From NCBI GenBank assembly GCA_028819545.1, contig JAPPLG010000019.1, forward strand, positions 66,494-130,493: a stretch of 64,000 nucleotides of DNA. The letters run 5' to 3'. The notes below the pieces were generated by a model. That model had not been told where the DNA came from, did no database searches, and worked only from the letters and a program-made list of their open reading frames with translations. The stretch comes from Bdellovibrionales bacterium (GTDB taxonomy: Bacteria; Bdellovibrionota; Bdellovibrionia; Bdellovibrionales; UBA1609). This document shows positions 36,835-45,118 of this stretch, one piece after another; the first letter of the stretch is position 1; each line of letters opens with the position of its first letter. Both the position numbers and the translations under genes were made by a program.

Positions 36835-37622
36835 AATGAAAGATAGTATCCTAAAGAAAGAGCAATAGAAAAGAAGAATTGCCCAAAAGAGCTTAAGGCT
36901 AAATAGGTATTGTATTTTTTAGAAGGTTTTTCTCGAACTATTTTTTGAAATATATATATGTGTACAGGTAAGACCAGTAAGGGTAATACTCCAGCTATAA
37001 AATAAGGATTTGTCAGTATCCAATAAACACCTAAAAGATAAGCAAAAAGGATGCAGGTCAGCCATTGAATCAATCCAAATTTTCGTCCTTTTCTAACAAC
37101 CCAGGTTTTTTTTCCACTTTTTTCATCTTCCTGATGATCTCTTAAATGATTTATAATTAACGGACTGATGGATAAAAAACCCATCTGGGATCCAGCAATT
37201 AAAATAGCATCTATTTCTTGAATGAAAATAGGATAAAAATAGAAAAAAGAAATTGTGTCAGAAAAATAAGCTATATTCAAATGACAAATACTACTCACTG
37301 TCAGCACTCCAAAAAATAAAAAGACAAATATTTCAGATAAACCTCGATCTGCCAGTGCAATGGGAGGAGCAGAGTAAAAATAAGTCATTCCCAAGGCTGT
37401 CAGTCCAATAAGAAATATAAAAACTCCACCTTTTATAACAAGGTAAATTCCTGCAAGTGATGCTAGAAATAAAATTAAATAGGAAATATTTATCAATGAA
37501 TCTGCTTGAATCTTTTGAGACTGCACCATCCTTGGAGGGCCTAACCTTTCTGTGGTGTCTCGATCTCTCTTAAAATCCAAAGCATCATTAAAATAATTAA
37601 CCGCGATTTGTAACAGAAGCAT
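36831..37622 (-). CDS. menA: 1,4-dihydroxy-2-naphthoate polyprenyltransferase; the true start is probably upstream of 37622
   Basis: UbiA-family NYFNDALDFKRDRD motif and multiple TM helices. The open frame continues upstream to 37775 and encodes ...YFLAARPKTLIIAISVWLTGW (typical MenA helix 1) without an ATG/GTG/TTG. Confidence 0.8.
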   Translation of the reverse strand: MLLLQIAVNYFNDALDFKRDRDTTERLGPPRMVQSQKIQADSLINISYLILFLASLAGIYLVIKGGVFIFLIGLTALGMTYFYSAPPIALADRGLSEIFVFLFFGVLTVSSICHLNIAYFSDTISFFYFYPIFIQEIDAILIAGSQMGFLSISPLIINHLRDHQEDEKSGKKTWVVRKGRKFGLIQWLTCILFAYLLGVYWILTNPYFIAGVLPLLVLPVHIYIFQKIVREKPSKKYNTYLALSSFGQFFFSIALSLGYYLSL

Positions 37623-37813
37623 ACAGGTTAAAATAATGATATTTAAAATAAGCTGTACTTGTTCCCATAAGGAAATACTTAATGTCCATCCTGTTAGCCA
37701 GACGGATATTGCAATAATAAGGGTTTTAGGGCGAGCCGCTAAAAAGTAACTTTTAAAAATATTAAGTTTTCCTTGTTAGGAATAATTTGGAAGAATATTA
37801 AAGAAATTGTCTT

Positions 37814-38428
37814 TTACTTTAAAGCATTTTTTTGACTGAAAAGCATATTGTCTTCTATTCTATCAACTGGAGAGGGCTCTGCTGTGACGTCTTCTTCTTC
37901 CAGATTGGAAGGGTCCATATCTTCATATAAGATAAAAACCTGTTCTTCCCCTTCATCAATAACTTCCGGTGGAACTCTTTCAATAAGGTCTTCCAGTTTA
38001 CGTTGAGAAGCTACATGACCATTATCAGCTGAAATTTTAAACCAGGCATAAGCTTTACTTAAATCCATGGGCCCTCTTATACCTCGTTCGTAATAGCTGG
38101 CTAAAAAATATTGTGCATTTGCATCTCCACGAAGAGCTTCAAATTTATAATGATCTCTTTTATCTCCTAATGCTGATAATTTTTCTGTTAATTCATGGCC
38201 TGGAGGAGGTGTTGTAAAATCAAAACGATGTTCCACATAGTGGTAGTAATAAGGACATGGCCCAAATCTTCTAATATGAAAACCCGCAGGGTCACGGCAT
38301 AAAACCCCTCTGGAGTAATAAGGGCCTCCTCTATAAATATAAACAGGGGTATCTATTTCATTTGTTGGATTTGCTTCTTCTGAAATCCCATAAACGGGCA
38401 AGAGCAATAAAAGAAAAATATACTTCAT
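37814..38428 (-). CDS. Secreted Sel1-repeat protein
   Basis: Signal peptide; GDANAQYFLASYYERGIRGPMDLSKAYAWFKISADNGHVASQ matches the Sel1 consensus. Confidence 0.7.
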   Translation of the reverse strand: MKYIFLLLLLPVYGISEEANPTNEIDTPVYIYRGGPYYSRGVLCRDPAGFHIRRFGPCPYYYHYVEHRFDFTTPPPGHELTEKLSALGDKRDHYKFEALRGDANAQYFLASYYERGIRGPMDLSKAYAWFKISADNGHVASQRKLEDLIERVPPEVIDEGEEQVFILYEDMDPSNLEEEDVTAEPSPVDRIEDNMLFSQKNALK

Positions 38429-38574
38429 TTTACTCCCCTTATTTTTGATAGGATTCTACACCAATTTGCTTCAATTTACAAAAAAGACTGTAAGTCTGTG
38501 AAATAACTTAAATAAAGCTATTGTCTGTAATAAAAAAATGGTGGGTAAAAAATCATTCAGTCGTCTGCACTGCT

Positions 38575-38655
38575 TTGTCGTTATTCCTTTATGTGTTTAA
38601 ATCATTCCAGACTTACTTACTGTCATTCCTGTATAAGTCATTCCGATATGTAAAA
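38575..38655 (+). repeat. Array of five (G)TCATTCC-ending degenerate direct repeats (spacing ~15-22 nt) leading into P1
   Basis: tattcc 38583, cattcc 38602, 38624, 38639 and 38658, read directly. Confidence 0.6.
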
Positions 38656-38683
38656 GTCATTCCGGACTTGATCCGGAATCCAG
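38656..38683. repeat. Palindromic unit P1: GTCATTCCGGACTTGATCCGGAATCCAG
   Basis: Perfect 8-bp stem ATTCCGGA/TCCGGAAT with loop CTTGA; matches the copies at 16714 and 60628. Confidence 0.85.
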
Positions 38684-38689
38684 CGCTAG

Positions 38690-38799
38690 AAAATACTTTG
38701 TATAAGAGACTCAAGGCTCAAACATGCGGTTTGCCACAGAGTGGACTAGCCACTCTGTGATCAAATCCGAACTCGCTTGAGCCTCTTATACAAAGTATT
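38690..38799 (+). repeat. H element copy 3
   Basis: Perfect 18-bp basal stem AAATACTTTGTATAAGAG/CTCTTATACAAAGTATTT. The cores and apical hairpin are identical to copy 1. Confidence 0.9.
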
Positions 38800-38863
38800 C
38801 CAGCTTGAAGAACCTGCACTGTTGAGCGAATGTTTTCAATAAAAAGACAAAGTGGACAAAACC

Positions 38864-38969
38864 CCTTACAAATACAGCTCAAAGCAAGTTCGGCTTTGAA
38901 CACAAATCAGCTGACAGTTGATTTGTGGCAAAACACATGTCTGAAGCTTTTGAGTTATATTTGCAAAGG
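38864..38969 (-). repeat. H element copy 4 (reverse orientation, more diverged)
   Basis: The reverse complement reads ...CTCAAAAGCTTCAGACATGTGTTTTGCCACAAATCA-actgtcagc-TGATTTGTGTTCAAAGCCGAACTTGCTTTGAG... It has the same cores and a different but perfectly paired apical stem. Confidence 0.8.
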
Positions 38970-38997
38970 ATTGTCCATGCTTCATTTAAGAAAACTT

Positions 38998-39816
38998 TTA
39001 TGGATAACGTGGAAACTTGGAAAAATCAGGAGGTCTTTTTTCTAAAAAAGCTTTGTGGCCCTCTTTAGCTTCTTCACTAAGGTAGTAAAGAAGAGTGGCG
39101 TTTCCAGCTAAATCTAAAAGTCCCATTTGTCCGTCACAGTCTGCATTGAGAGCTGTTTTTAAACAGCGAAGAGCTAAAGGTGAATGTTTTAAGATTTCAC
39201 GGCACCATTTGAGTGTTTCTTCTTCAAGTTGTTCGTAAGGCACCACATGGTTTACAAGCCCCATTTTTAAGGCCTCCTGAGCTGTATATCGACGGCAGAG
39301 ATACCAAATTTCACGGGCTTTTTTTTGACCTACAATGCGAGCTAAATAACTACTCCCCAACCCCCCGTCAAAAGAGCCCACACGAGGCCCTGTTTGTCCA
39401 AAAACAGCGTTCTCTTCAGCAATAGTCAGGTCACAAACCACATGCAGGACATGACCTCCTCCAATGGCAAAACCTGAAACCATAGCGATCACAGGTTTTG
39501 GCAAACTTCGAATTTGTTTCTGTACATCCAAGATATTTAAGCGGGCTGTTCCCTGATCGTCTTTGTAGCCTCCTTCTCCACGTACCTTTTGATCCCCTCC
39601 TGCGCAAAAAGCTTCTTTCCCTTTTCCTGTTAAAATCACAACCCCAATAGAGGAATCATCTCTGCAATGGTCAAAGGCTTGTTTTAACTCTGTCACAGTA
39701 AGAGGGCGAAAAGCATTTCTCACTTCTGGACGGCAAATGGTAATTTTTGCAACACCATCTTTGGTTTTTTCAAGTGAGATATCTTGATATGTTTTAATGG
39801 ATTGCCAGATTTTCAT
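38998..39816 (-). CDS. menB: 1,4-dihydroxy-2-naphthoyl-CoA synthase
   Basis: Crotonase fold motifs [11 protein letters not shown] and [19 protein letters not shown]; C-terminal tail typical of MenB; 272 aa. Confidence 0.9.
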   Translation of the reverse strand: MKIWQSIKTYQDISLEKTKDGVAKITICRPEVRNAFRPLTVTELKQAFDHCRDDSSIGVVILTGKGKEAFCAGGDQKVRGEGGYKDDQGTARLNILDVQKQIRSLPKPVIAMVSGFAIGGGHVLHVVCDLTIAEENAVFGQTGPRVGSFDGGLGSSYLARIVGQKKAREIWYLCRRYTAQEALKMGLVNHVVPYEQLEEETLKWCREILKHSPLALRCLKTALNADCDGQMGLLDLAGNATLLYYLSEEAKEGHKAFLEKRPPDFSKFPRYP

Positions 39817-40511
39817 ATGTTGTACTGCAGGCGAGTTTGAGTATAGTCTTCCAATAAATCTCTTTTAAATAAGGCGGATAATAAAGGGATAGAAACGAAA
39901 CCGGTCAGTGTGAGAATAATTCCCCTTAGAGTAAATCGAAGAGCAGAGCCGTTTTCCCATGTCATATTGCACCTCTCTTCTCCAAGAGTACAGCCAATAA
40001 GAGACCGGCAGGTTGTTGTATAAAGTTGATGAAAGAGACAGAAACCATAAAACATAAGTAGTGGAGATGGAATAGCTTTGGCATTAAACAAAGCTCCCAC
40101 CATTGCCCATCCGATCAAATACAAACCACAGGTAAAAGCAAAATCCACTTTCATCACCTGCCAGGGAGGTAGTTGTCTTTTATTTAAAGGGGATGTCTCA
40201 TCACTTAAAATACGCACTTCATGCTTTTTTTGTGTTTCTTTTTTAAGCTTGTGTGTTTGCGGTTGAACTGAACTTATATGTTCTTTTGGCTTTTTAAAAG
40301 AATCTAAAATAGGCTGTTCTAATCTTTCAGTGAGTTGTTCATAAAACTGGGGGGAAGATTTGTCTAAACCGTGAAATATTTCAGTGGAACTTGCAGATAA
40401 TAAACAATCTTCATCTTTATCTTCATAGTAAGATGAGGACTTTGGAATATCCTGATAAAATCCCACTCCTGTATGAACAGCTTTAAATGAAATATCTTCA
40501 AATTCATTCAT
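39813..40511 (-). CDS. Membrane protein, possibly RDD-family
   Basis: Soluble N-terminal half, then 3 TM helices, ending in [13 protein letters not shown] (compare the RDD-family C-terminal D-x-x-x-x-T). Weak assignment. Confidence 0.35.
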   Translation of the reverse strand: MNEFEDISFKAVHTGVGFYQDIPKSSSYYEDKDEDCLLSASSTEIFHGLDKSSPQFYEQLTERLEQPILDSFKKPKEHISSVQPQTHKLKKETQKKHEVRILSDETSPLNKRQLPPWQVMKVDFAFTCGLYLIGWAMVGALFNAKAIPSPLLMFYGFCLFHQLYTTTCRSLIGCTLGEERCNMTWENGSALRFTLRGIILTLTGFVSIPLLSALFKRDLLEDYTQTRLQYNI

Positions 40512-40576
40512 GGACTATGTGTATTTTAAAATACCTAAATCAGTCAAAGAGATCATTACCATTCAAAAGAATATTT

Positions 40577-40795
40577 TTATAAATTTGCAGTTTGAATGGG
40601 TTTGGGTTCTTTTTCAATAGGCGGACTGCTTAGGTTTTTCTTGATATTTTCTAAAACTTCTTGTCTGAATATTTTAGTTTCTTTTGGGGCTTCAATTCCT
40701 AAACGAACCTGACACCCTTTAATATTGACCACCTGTATTTTGATAGAATCACCAATTAAAATGGAATCTCCTATTTTTCGGGTTAAAACCAACAT
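40577..40795 (-). CDS. csrA: Carbon storage regulator CsrA
   Basis: MLVLTRKIGDSILIGDSIKIQVVNIKGCQVRLGIEAPKETKIFRQEV is near-consensus CsrA. AGGAGGGGG SD upstream. Confidence 0.9.
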   Translation of the reverse strand: MLVLTRKIGDSILIGDSIKIQVVNIKGCQVRLGIEAPKETKIFRQEVLENIKKNLSSPPIEKEPKPIQTANL

Positions 40796-41080
40796 AAGAC
40801 CCCCTCCTAGTACTCAACCTTGGTCTTAAAAATCACACTACTAGGCGTCAAAGTAGTTTTAAAGGAACATGATGTCAAGAAGTCTAAGAAATGTGGAATA
40901 TTTGCACCCTCAATATGTAAAGATCATCCAGAAATATTGTATAATTTATAGTCAATGAGCATTTTTTTATTTCATTTAGTTTAAGAATTTCCTCTCTTTA
41001 TGGTTTATTTTATCATTGTTTTTTGAACATATTAGAAGTGGATATATTTTATACAATGCATAATCAGATAGAGTATCATT

Positions 41081-41839
41081 TTAAGACATCTCGGTTAGAA
41101 AGTCGATTTGATGACCTTTGGTTTTTAGCCATTTTTCTGCTTTGAGGTAAAAAGGGTCATACTGTTGAACATATTTCCAAAAACTTTTTGAATGCTTTAA
41201 ATACTTTAAATGTGCCAGCTCATGAATGACAACATAGTCCATTACAAAGTGGGGGGAGGCCACCAAAGTCCAATTTAAGCTGATATGGCCATCTTCTGAA
41301 CAACTTCCAAATAAAGATTTCTGAGCGCGAAAAGAGACTTTGGAAGGGTACAAATTCATTTGTTTGGAATAAATTTGTATTTTTTGTTTTAGGATTTTTT
41401 CACCTTGATATTTGTAAAATCTTTGGAGAGCCTGGGAAATTTTTGTTGATTTTATACTCTCAGGCCAGTGGATATCCATGTGTCTTTCCTGGAGTGTAAT
41501 GTGTACGTGATTTGTATTACGCCTGATGCGCAGTATTTTTTGTTCTCCACAAAACGGAAAAATTTCACCTGTTAAGAGATGTTTTTTGGAGTTGGATTTT
41601 CTGAGTTGTGATTCTTTTAAAAGTTGTTTTTCAATCCAACTTTGATGCTTGTCGATAAAAGCACAAATTTGTTTAAGGGAAGCGCTCTTATTACAGCTGA
41701 CTCTCACATGGCCGTTTCTTGTAATGTTTAAACAAAGTGTTTTCTGCCTGGTGTTTCGAACAAGGTGTAAGATAAAGTTTTTATAATAAAGTTCTTTATC
41801 AGATTCCACAGGCGAGGAAAAGAAGTGCATTTGCTCCAT
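41081..41839 (-). CDS. YgjP-like (DUF45/M48-related) metal-dependent hydrolase
   Basis: HELAHL zinc motif followed by HSKSFW near the C-terminus; ~250 aa, typical of the family. Confidence 0.75.
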   Translation of the reverse strand: MEQMHFFSSPVESDKELYYKNFILHLVRNTRQKTLCLNITRNGHVRVSCNKSASLKQICAFIDKHQSWIEKQLLKESQLRKSNSKKHLLTGEIFPFCGEQKILRIRRNTNHVHITLQERHMDIHWPESIKSTKISQALQRFYKYQGEKILKQKIQIYSKQMNLYPSKVSFRAQKSLFGSCSEDGHISLNWTLVASPHFVMDYVVIHELAHLKYLKHSKSFWKYVQQYDPFYLKAEKWLKTKGHQIDFLTEMS

Positions 41840-41962
41840 GATTGTTTTATTGAAACATATTCAAAAGTTAAAAAAAGAAATATTTGAGTTTTAGTTCAAA
41901 TATATCTATGATCAGTGTAAACAAAAGCCCTTAGTCGGGTTAAAAAGGAAGAGAGGCTGAGT

Positions 41963-43585
41963 TTGTCTTACACGGTTTTGAGTTTAAAGTGGAGACCTCA
42001 AAGCTTTTCCGAATTAGAGGGACAAAAACCTATACAGCAAATCTTAACTCATGCTGTTAAGTCCAACTCTCTTCACCCTGCTTTAATTTTTGCTGGACCT
42101 AAAGGAACCGGAAAAACTTCTACTGCTCGTATTTTGGCAAAAGCTCTCCGGTGTGAAAACAGAACAACTCACGAGCCATGCAACCAATGTACTTCCTGCA
42201 AGGCTATACAAGAGGGTTCTGATATGGATGTTATTGAAATTGATGGAGCAAGCAATAATGGTGTGGATGCTATCCGACACTTAAGGGATTCTGTTCAATA
42301 TATGCCGGCAAGCGGTTCCAGAAGAATTTATATTATTGATGAAGTGCATATGCTTTCTCAGAGTGCCTTTAATGCCCTACTTAAAACTTTAGAAGAGCCT
42401 CCCGCTCATATCACTTTTGTTATGGCTACAACTGAACTAAGAAAGATTCCATCAACAGTAACTTCGCGCTGTCAGATTTTTAATTTTAGACCAATTTCAC
42501 CTCCTGTGATTCAAAAAAGATTAAAAGCTATTTGTAAGGCTGAAAATATTCAAATTGATGATGAAGCCTTATGGTTAATTGTAGAGCAGTCAGAGCGGTC
42601 TATGAGAAATGCTCAAGTTCTTCTGGATCAAATGGCTTGTTTTGGCAATAAAAAGATTTCAAGTCAGATGATTGTGAATGCTTTGGGGCTCAGTCATCGG
42701 TCTTTGTTGAACTCTGTATTGAAGGCCCTGATTCTGAAAAAAAGTGATGATATTTTATCGCTTATGGATGATTTGGCTTTGGTGGATCCTCAAATTTTTT
42801 TAAATAATTTGGTGGTTCAAATTCGAAATGTCTTGATGATTAAAATGGTTGAAGATCCATCTTGGCTTTTTTTGATGGAGTCGGAAAAAAAACTGTTAAA
42901 AGAATTAACTCAGGATGTTTCAAATGAAGAAATTCATTTTCTGTTTGATATGGCTTTAAAAGGCAGAGAGGATTTAATAAAAAGTTTCGATCCTCATATC
43001 ACACTGGAAATGATTTTATTACGGATGAGCCAGGCTCCTCAAATAGAGGAAGTTTTATCCAGAGATGTTCTATCAGATTCTTTGAAATCAGAAAAACCTG
43101 TATTAAAAAAAGAGCCAATAAAAAAAGAGACAGATCAAAAGATAAAAACTCCTACAAATGTTCAAAAGGCTTCTCAATTTATCTCCAATGAAAAAGAACA
43201 AAAGGGCTCAAAACAATGGACTGATTTTATTCAATCTATTGAATCAAAAGATGCTCGCTTTGCATCCCAATTAAAGAGATTTTCTGTTTGCCAGTGGACA
43301 ACTCAGAAAGTGGAATTAGGCTATCCCTCTTCTGCTTTGTTTCTAAAAGAAAAAATAAAGGATAAAATCTTTCAGAAAAAACTGGAGGAATATGCCTCTG
43401 AGTTTTTTAATAAAAAAGTAAAATTTCATTTTGTTTTGGACGATTCTTTTTCTTTCTCTAAGGGGGAGTCTGAAAAAGAGAAAAAATTTCTGAAGGAAAC
43501 AGAGTCTCATCCTGTGGCTCAAAAAATTGCAAATATATTTCAAGCTCAAGTGGTATCTGTCGATAAACACACTTCTTCCAAGTAG
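41963..43585 (+). CDS. dnaX: DNA polymerase III subunit tau/gamma
   Basis: LSLKWRPQSFSELEGQ, Walker A GPKGTGKTS, zinc module CNQCTSCKAI, SRC motif TSRCQIFNF. TTG start. Confidence 0.9.
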   Translation: MSYTVLSLKWRPQSFSELEGQKPIQQILTHAVKSNSLHPALIFAGPKGTGKTSTARILAKALRCENRTTHEPCNQCTSCKAIQEGSDMDVIEIDGASNNGVDAIRHLRDSVQYMPASGSRRIYIIDEVHMLSQSAFNALLKTLEEPPAHITFVMATTELRKIPSTVTSRCQIFNFRPISPPVIQKRLKAICKAENIQIDDEALWLIVEQSERSMRNAQVLLDQMACFGNKKISSQMIVNALGLSHRSLLNSVLKALILKKSDDILSLMDDLALVDPQIFLNNLVVQIRNVLMIKMVEDPSWLFLMESEKKLLKELTQDVSNEEIHFLFDMALKGREDLIKSFDPHITLEMILLRMSQAPQIEEVLSRDVLSDSLKSEKPVLKKEPIKKETDQKIKTPTNVQKASQFISNEKEQKGSKQWTDFIQSIESKDARFASQLKRFSVCQWTTQKVELGYPSSALFLKEKIKDKIFQKKLEEYASEFFNKKVKFHFVLDDSFSFSKGESEKEKKFLKETESHPVAQKIANIFQAQVVSVDKHTSSK

Positions 43586-43591
43586 GTTCTT

Positions 43592-44194
43592 ATGTCTTTT
43601 TCTATACGCTCTCTTCAAAAACTTCTCTATGAAATACAAAAATGGCCTGGCATTGGACCTCGGAGTGCTCAAAAATTAATCGTTCATCTTTTAAAAAGAA
43701 AAGAACAAGACATTCCGCTATTGATTCAGGCTTTGGAAAATATTATGACCGGAATTAAAAAATGTCCAAAATGCTTTGGATGGATGGAAGGGGAAAAACT
43801 TTGTTCTATTTGTCAGAACACCTCTCGGGATCAAAGCTCTCTTTGTATAGTTGAAAACCCTTTTGATATCTTTAGGATTGAACGCTCTCAGGTTTTTCAT
43901 GGATATTATCATGTTCTGCATGGGTTAATTTCTCCTTTAAATAATGTCACTCCAGAAGCTCTGACTATACAGGCTTTAATGGACAGAATAAATCAACAAG
44001 CTGTTAAAGAGTTAATCTTGGCTTTGGATACGAATTTAGAGGGGGATACAACTTCACTTTATCTTGTGAGTAAATTAAAACCTTTACATATTAAAATTTC
44101 AAAATTAGCATCAGGAATCCCTTTGGGCAGTCCTTTGGATTTTATAGATGATCAAACATTAACCCAGGCGATAGAAAACAGGATTGAGATATAA
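43592..44194 (+). CDS. recR: Recombination protein RecR
   Basis: HhH (LQKWPGIGPRSAQKL), Cys4 zinc finger CPKCFGWMEGEKLCSIC and a Toprim segment. Confidence 0.9.
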   Translation: MSFSIRSLQKLLYEIQKWPGIGPRSAQKLIVHLLKRKEQDIPLLIQALENIMTGIKKCPKCFGWMEGEKLCSICQNTSRDQSSLCIVENPFDIFRIERSQVFHGYYHVLHGLISPLNNVTPEALTIQALMDRINQQAVKELILALDTNLEGDTTSLYLVSKLKPLHIKISKLASGIPLGSPLDFIDDQTLTQAIENRIEI

Positions 44195-44790
44195 TGTCGT
44201 TTATCAATTACAATTCAAAAGAAATTTATTGTAAGATTATTTATGCCGGCCCTCCTAAAGCTGGAAAAACAACGAATGTTCAGTGGTTGTATAAAAAGAC
44301 TGCCGAACAAAGTGAAAACTCTGAACTACTGCATTTACCTTTGGAATCTTCGCCAACAGTATTGTTTGATTTTTTACCTTTAAGTTTGGGTAAAGTGCGC
44401 GACTTTTCAGTCCGTCTTCATCTTTATACCATTCCGGGGGATGAGCTATTTAAATCCACTGGAAAAATTATTCTTAAAGGTTTAGATGGAGTTGTTTTTG
44501 TTGCGGACTCAAATCCTTCGCGTATGGAAAAAAACATAGAGTCCTTAAATCAACTCAAATTGCAGTTGGAGGATGAAGGATATGAGCTTAAAAAAATACC
44601 TTTAGTTGTCCAATACAATAAAAGAGATTTAAGCACGGCAGAGCCTGTGTTTCGGTTGAAGCAGGCTTTGAACTATTACAACTCTCCGGATGTTGAAGCT
44701 GTGGCTGTTAATGGGACAGGGGTTTTTGATACTTTAAAGATTATTTCCAGATTGGTTTTAACAGTGTTAAAAGGCGGGGAACTACAATAA
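44194..44790 (+). CDS. mglA: MglA-type Ras-like small GTPase
   Basis: P-loop GPPKAGKTTN, TIPGDE switch II and QYNKRDL (NKxD). 198 aa. TAATG overlap with recR. Confidence 0.6.
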   Translation: MSFINYNSKEIYCKIIYAGPPKAGKTTNVQWLYKKTAEQSENSELLHLPLESSPTVLFDFLPLSLGKVRDFSVRLHLYTIPGDELFKSTGKIILKGLDGVVFVADSNPSRMEKNIESLNQLKLQLEDEGYELKKIPLVVQYNKRDLSTAEPVFRLKQALNYYNSPDVEAVAVNGTGVFDTLKIISRLVLTVLKGGELQ

Positions 44791-44802
44791 TTCTCTTCTT
44801 TA

Positions 44803-44919
44803 AGAAATACTTTATATAAGAGGCTCAAAGCTCAAACATGCGTTTTACAGCAGAGCAGGCTAATGCCCGCTCCGCGATTAAAGCCGAACTCGTTTCAGTC
44901 TCTTATATAAAGTATTTCT
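44803..44919 (+). repeat. H element copy 5, immediately 3' of the mglA stop
   Basis: Basal stem AGAAATACTTTATATAAGAG/CTCTTATATAAAGTATTTCT, compensated A-T where other copies have G-C. The cores are conserved. The apical stem is different and GC-rich (GCAGAGCAGGC...GCCCGCTCCGC). Confidence 0.85.
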
Positions 44920-45118
44920 TGATACTTGATATTCATTAGATGAGTTCAAAGAATACAATATGTAACCCTATTACAATCATCAAGGTTTGATGGGTGGATA
45001 ATATGAAAGGCTTAAACACATAACTCATTTGGATCTCTTATATTTTTTATATAAATTTTATTAAATTATGCTATGATTTTTCTAATATATTCCGATTGAT
45101 CTAAAATAAAGGAACTTT

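Noticed and set aside
42730-42900. Other A-runs in dnaX (42737-42743 and 42885-42892) as programmed frameshift sites
   Set aside because: They lie within the conserved clamp-loader domains (codons ~259 and ~309), so a truncated product would lack domain III. The shifted frames also run on for 12-20 codons. Only the linker runs near 43105-43126 were kept as a weak lead.
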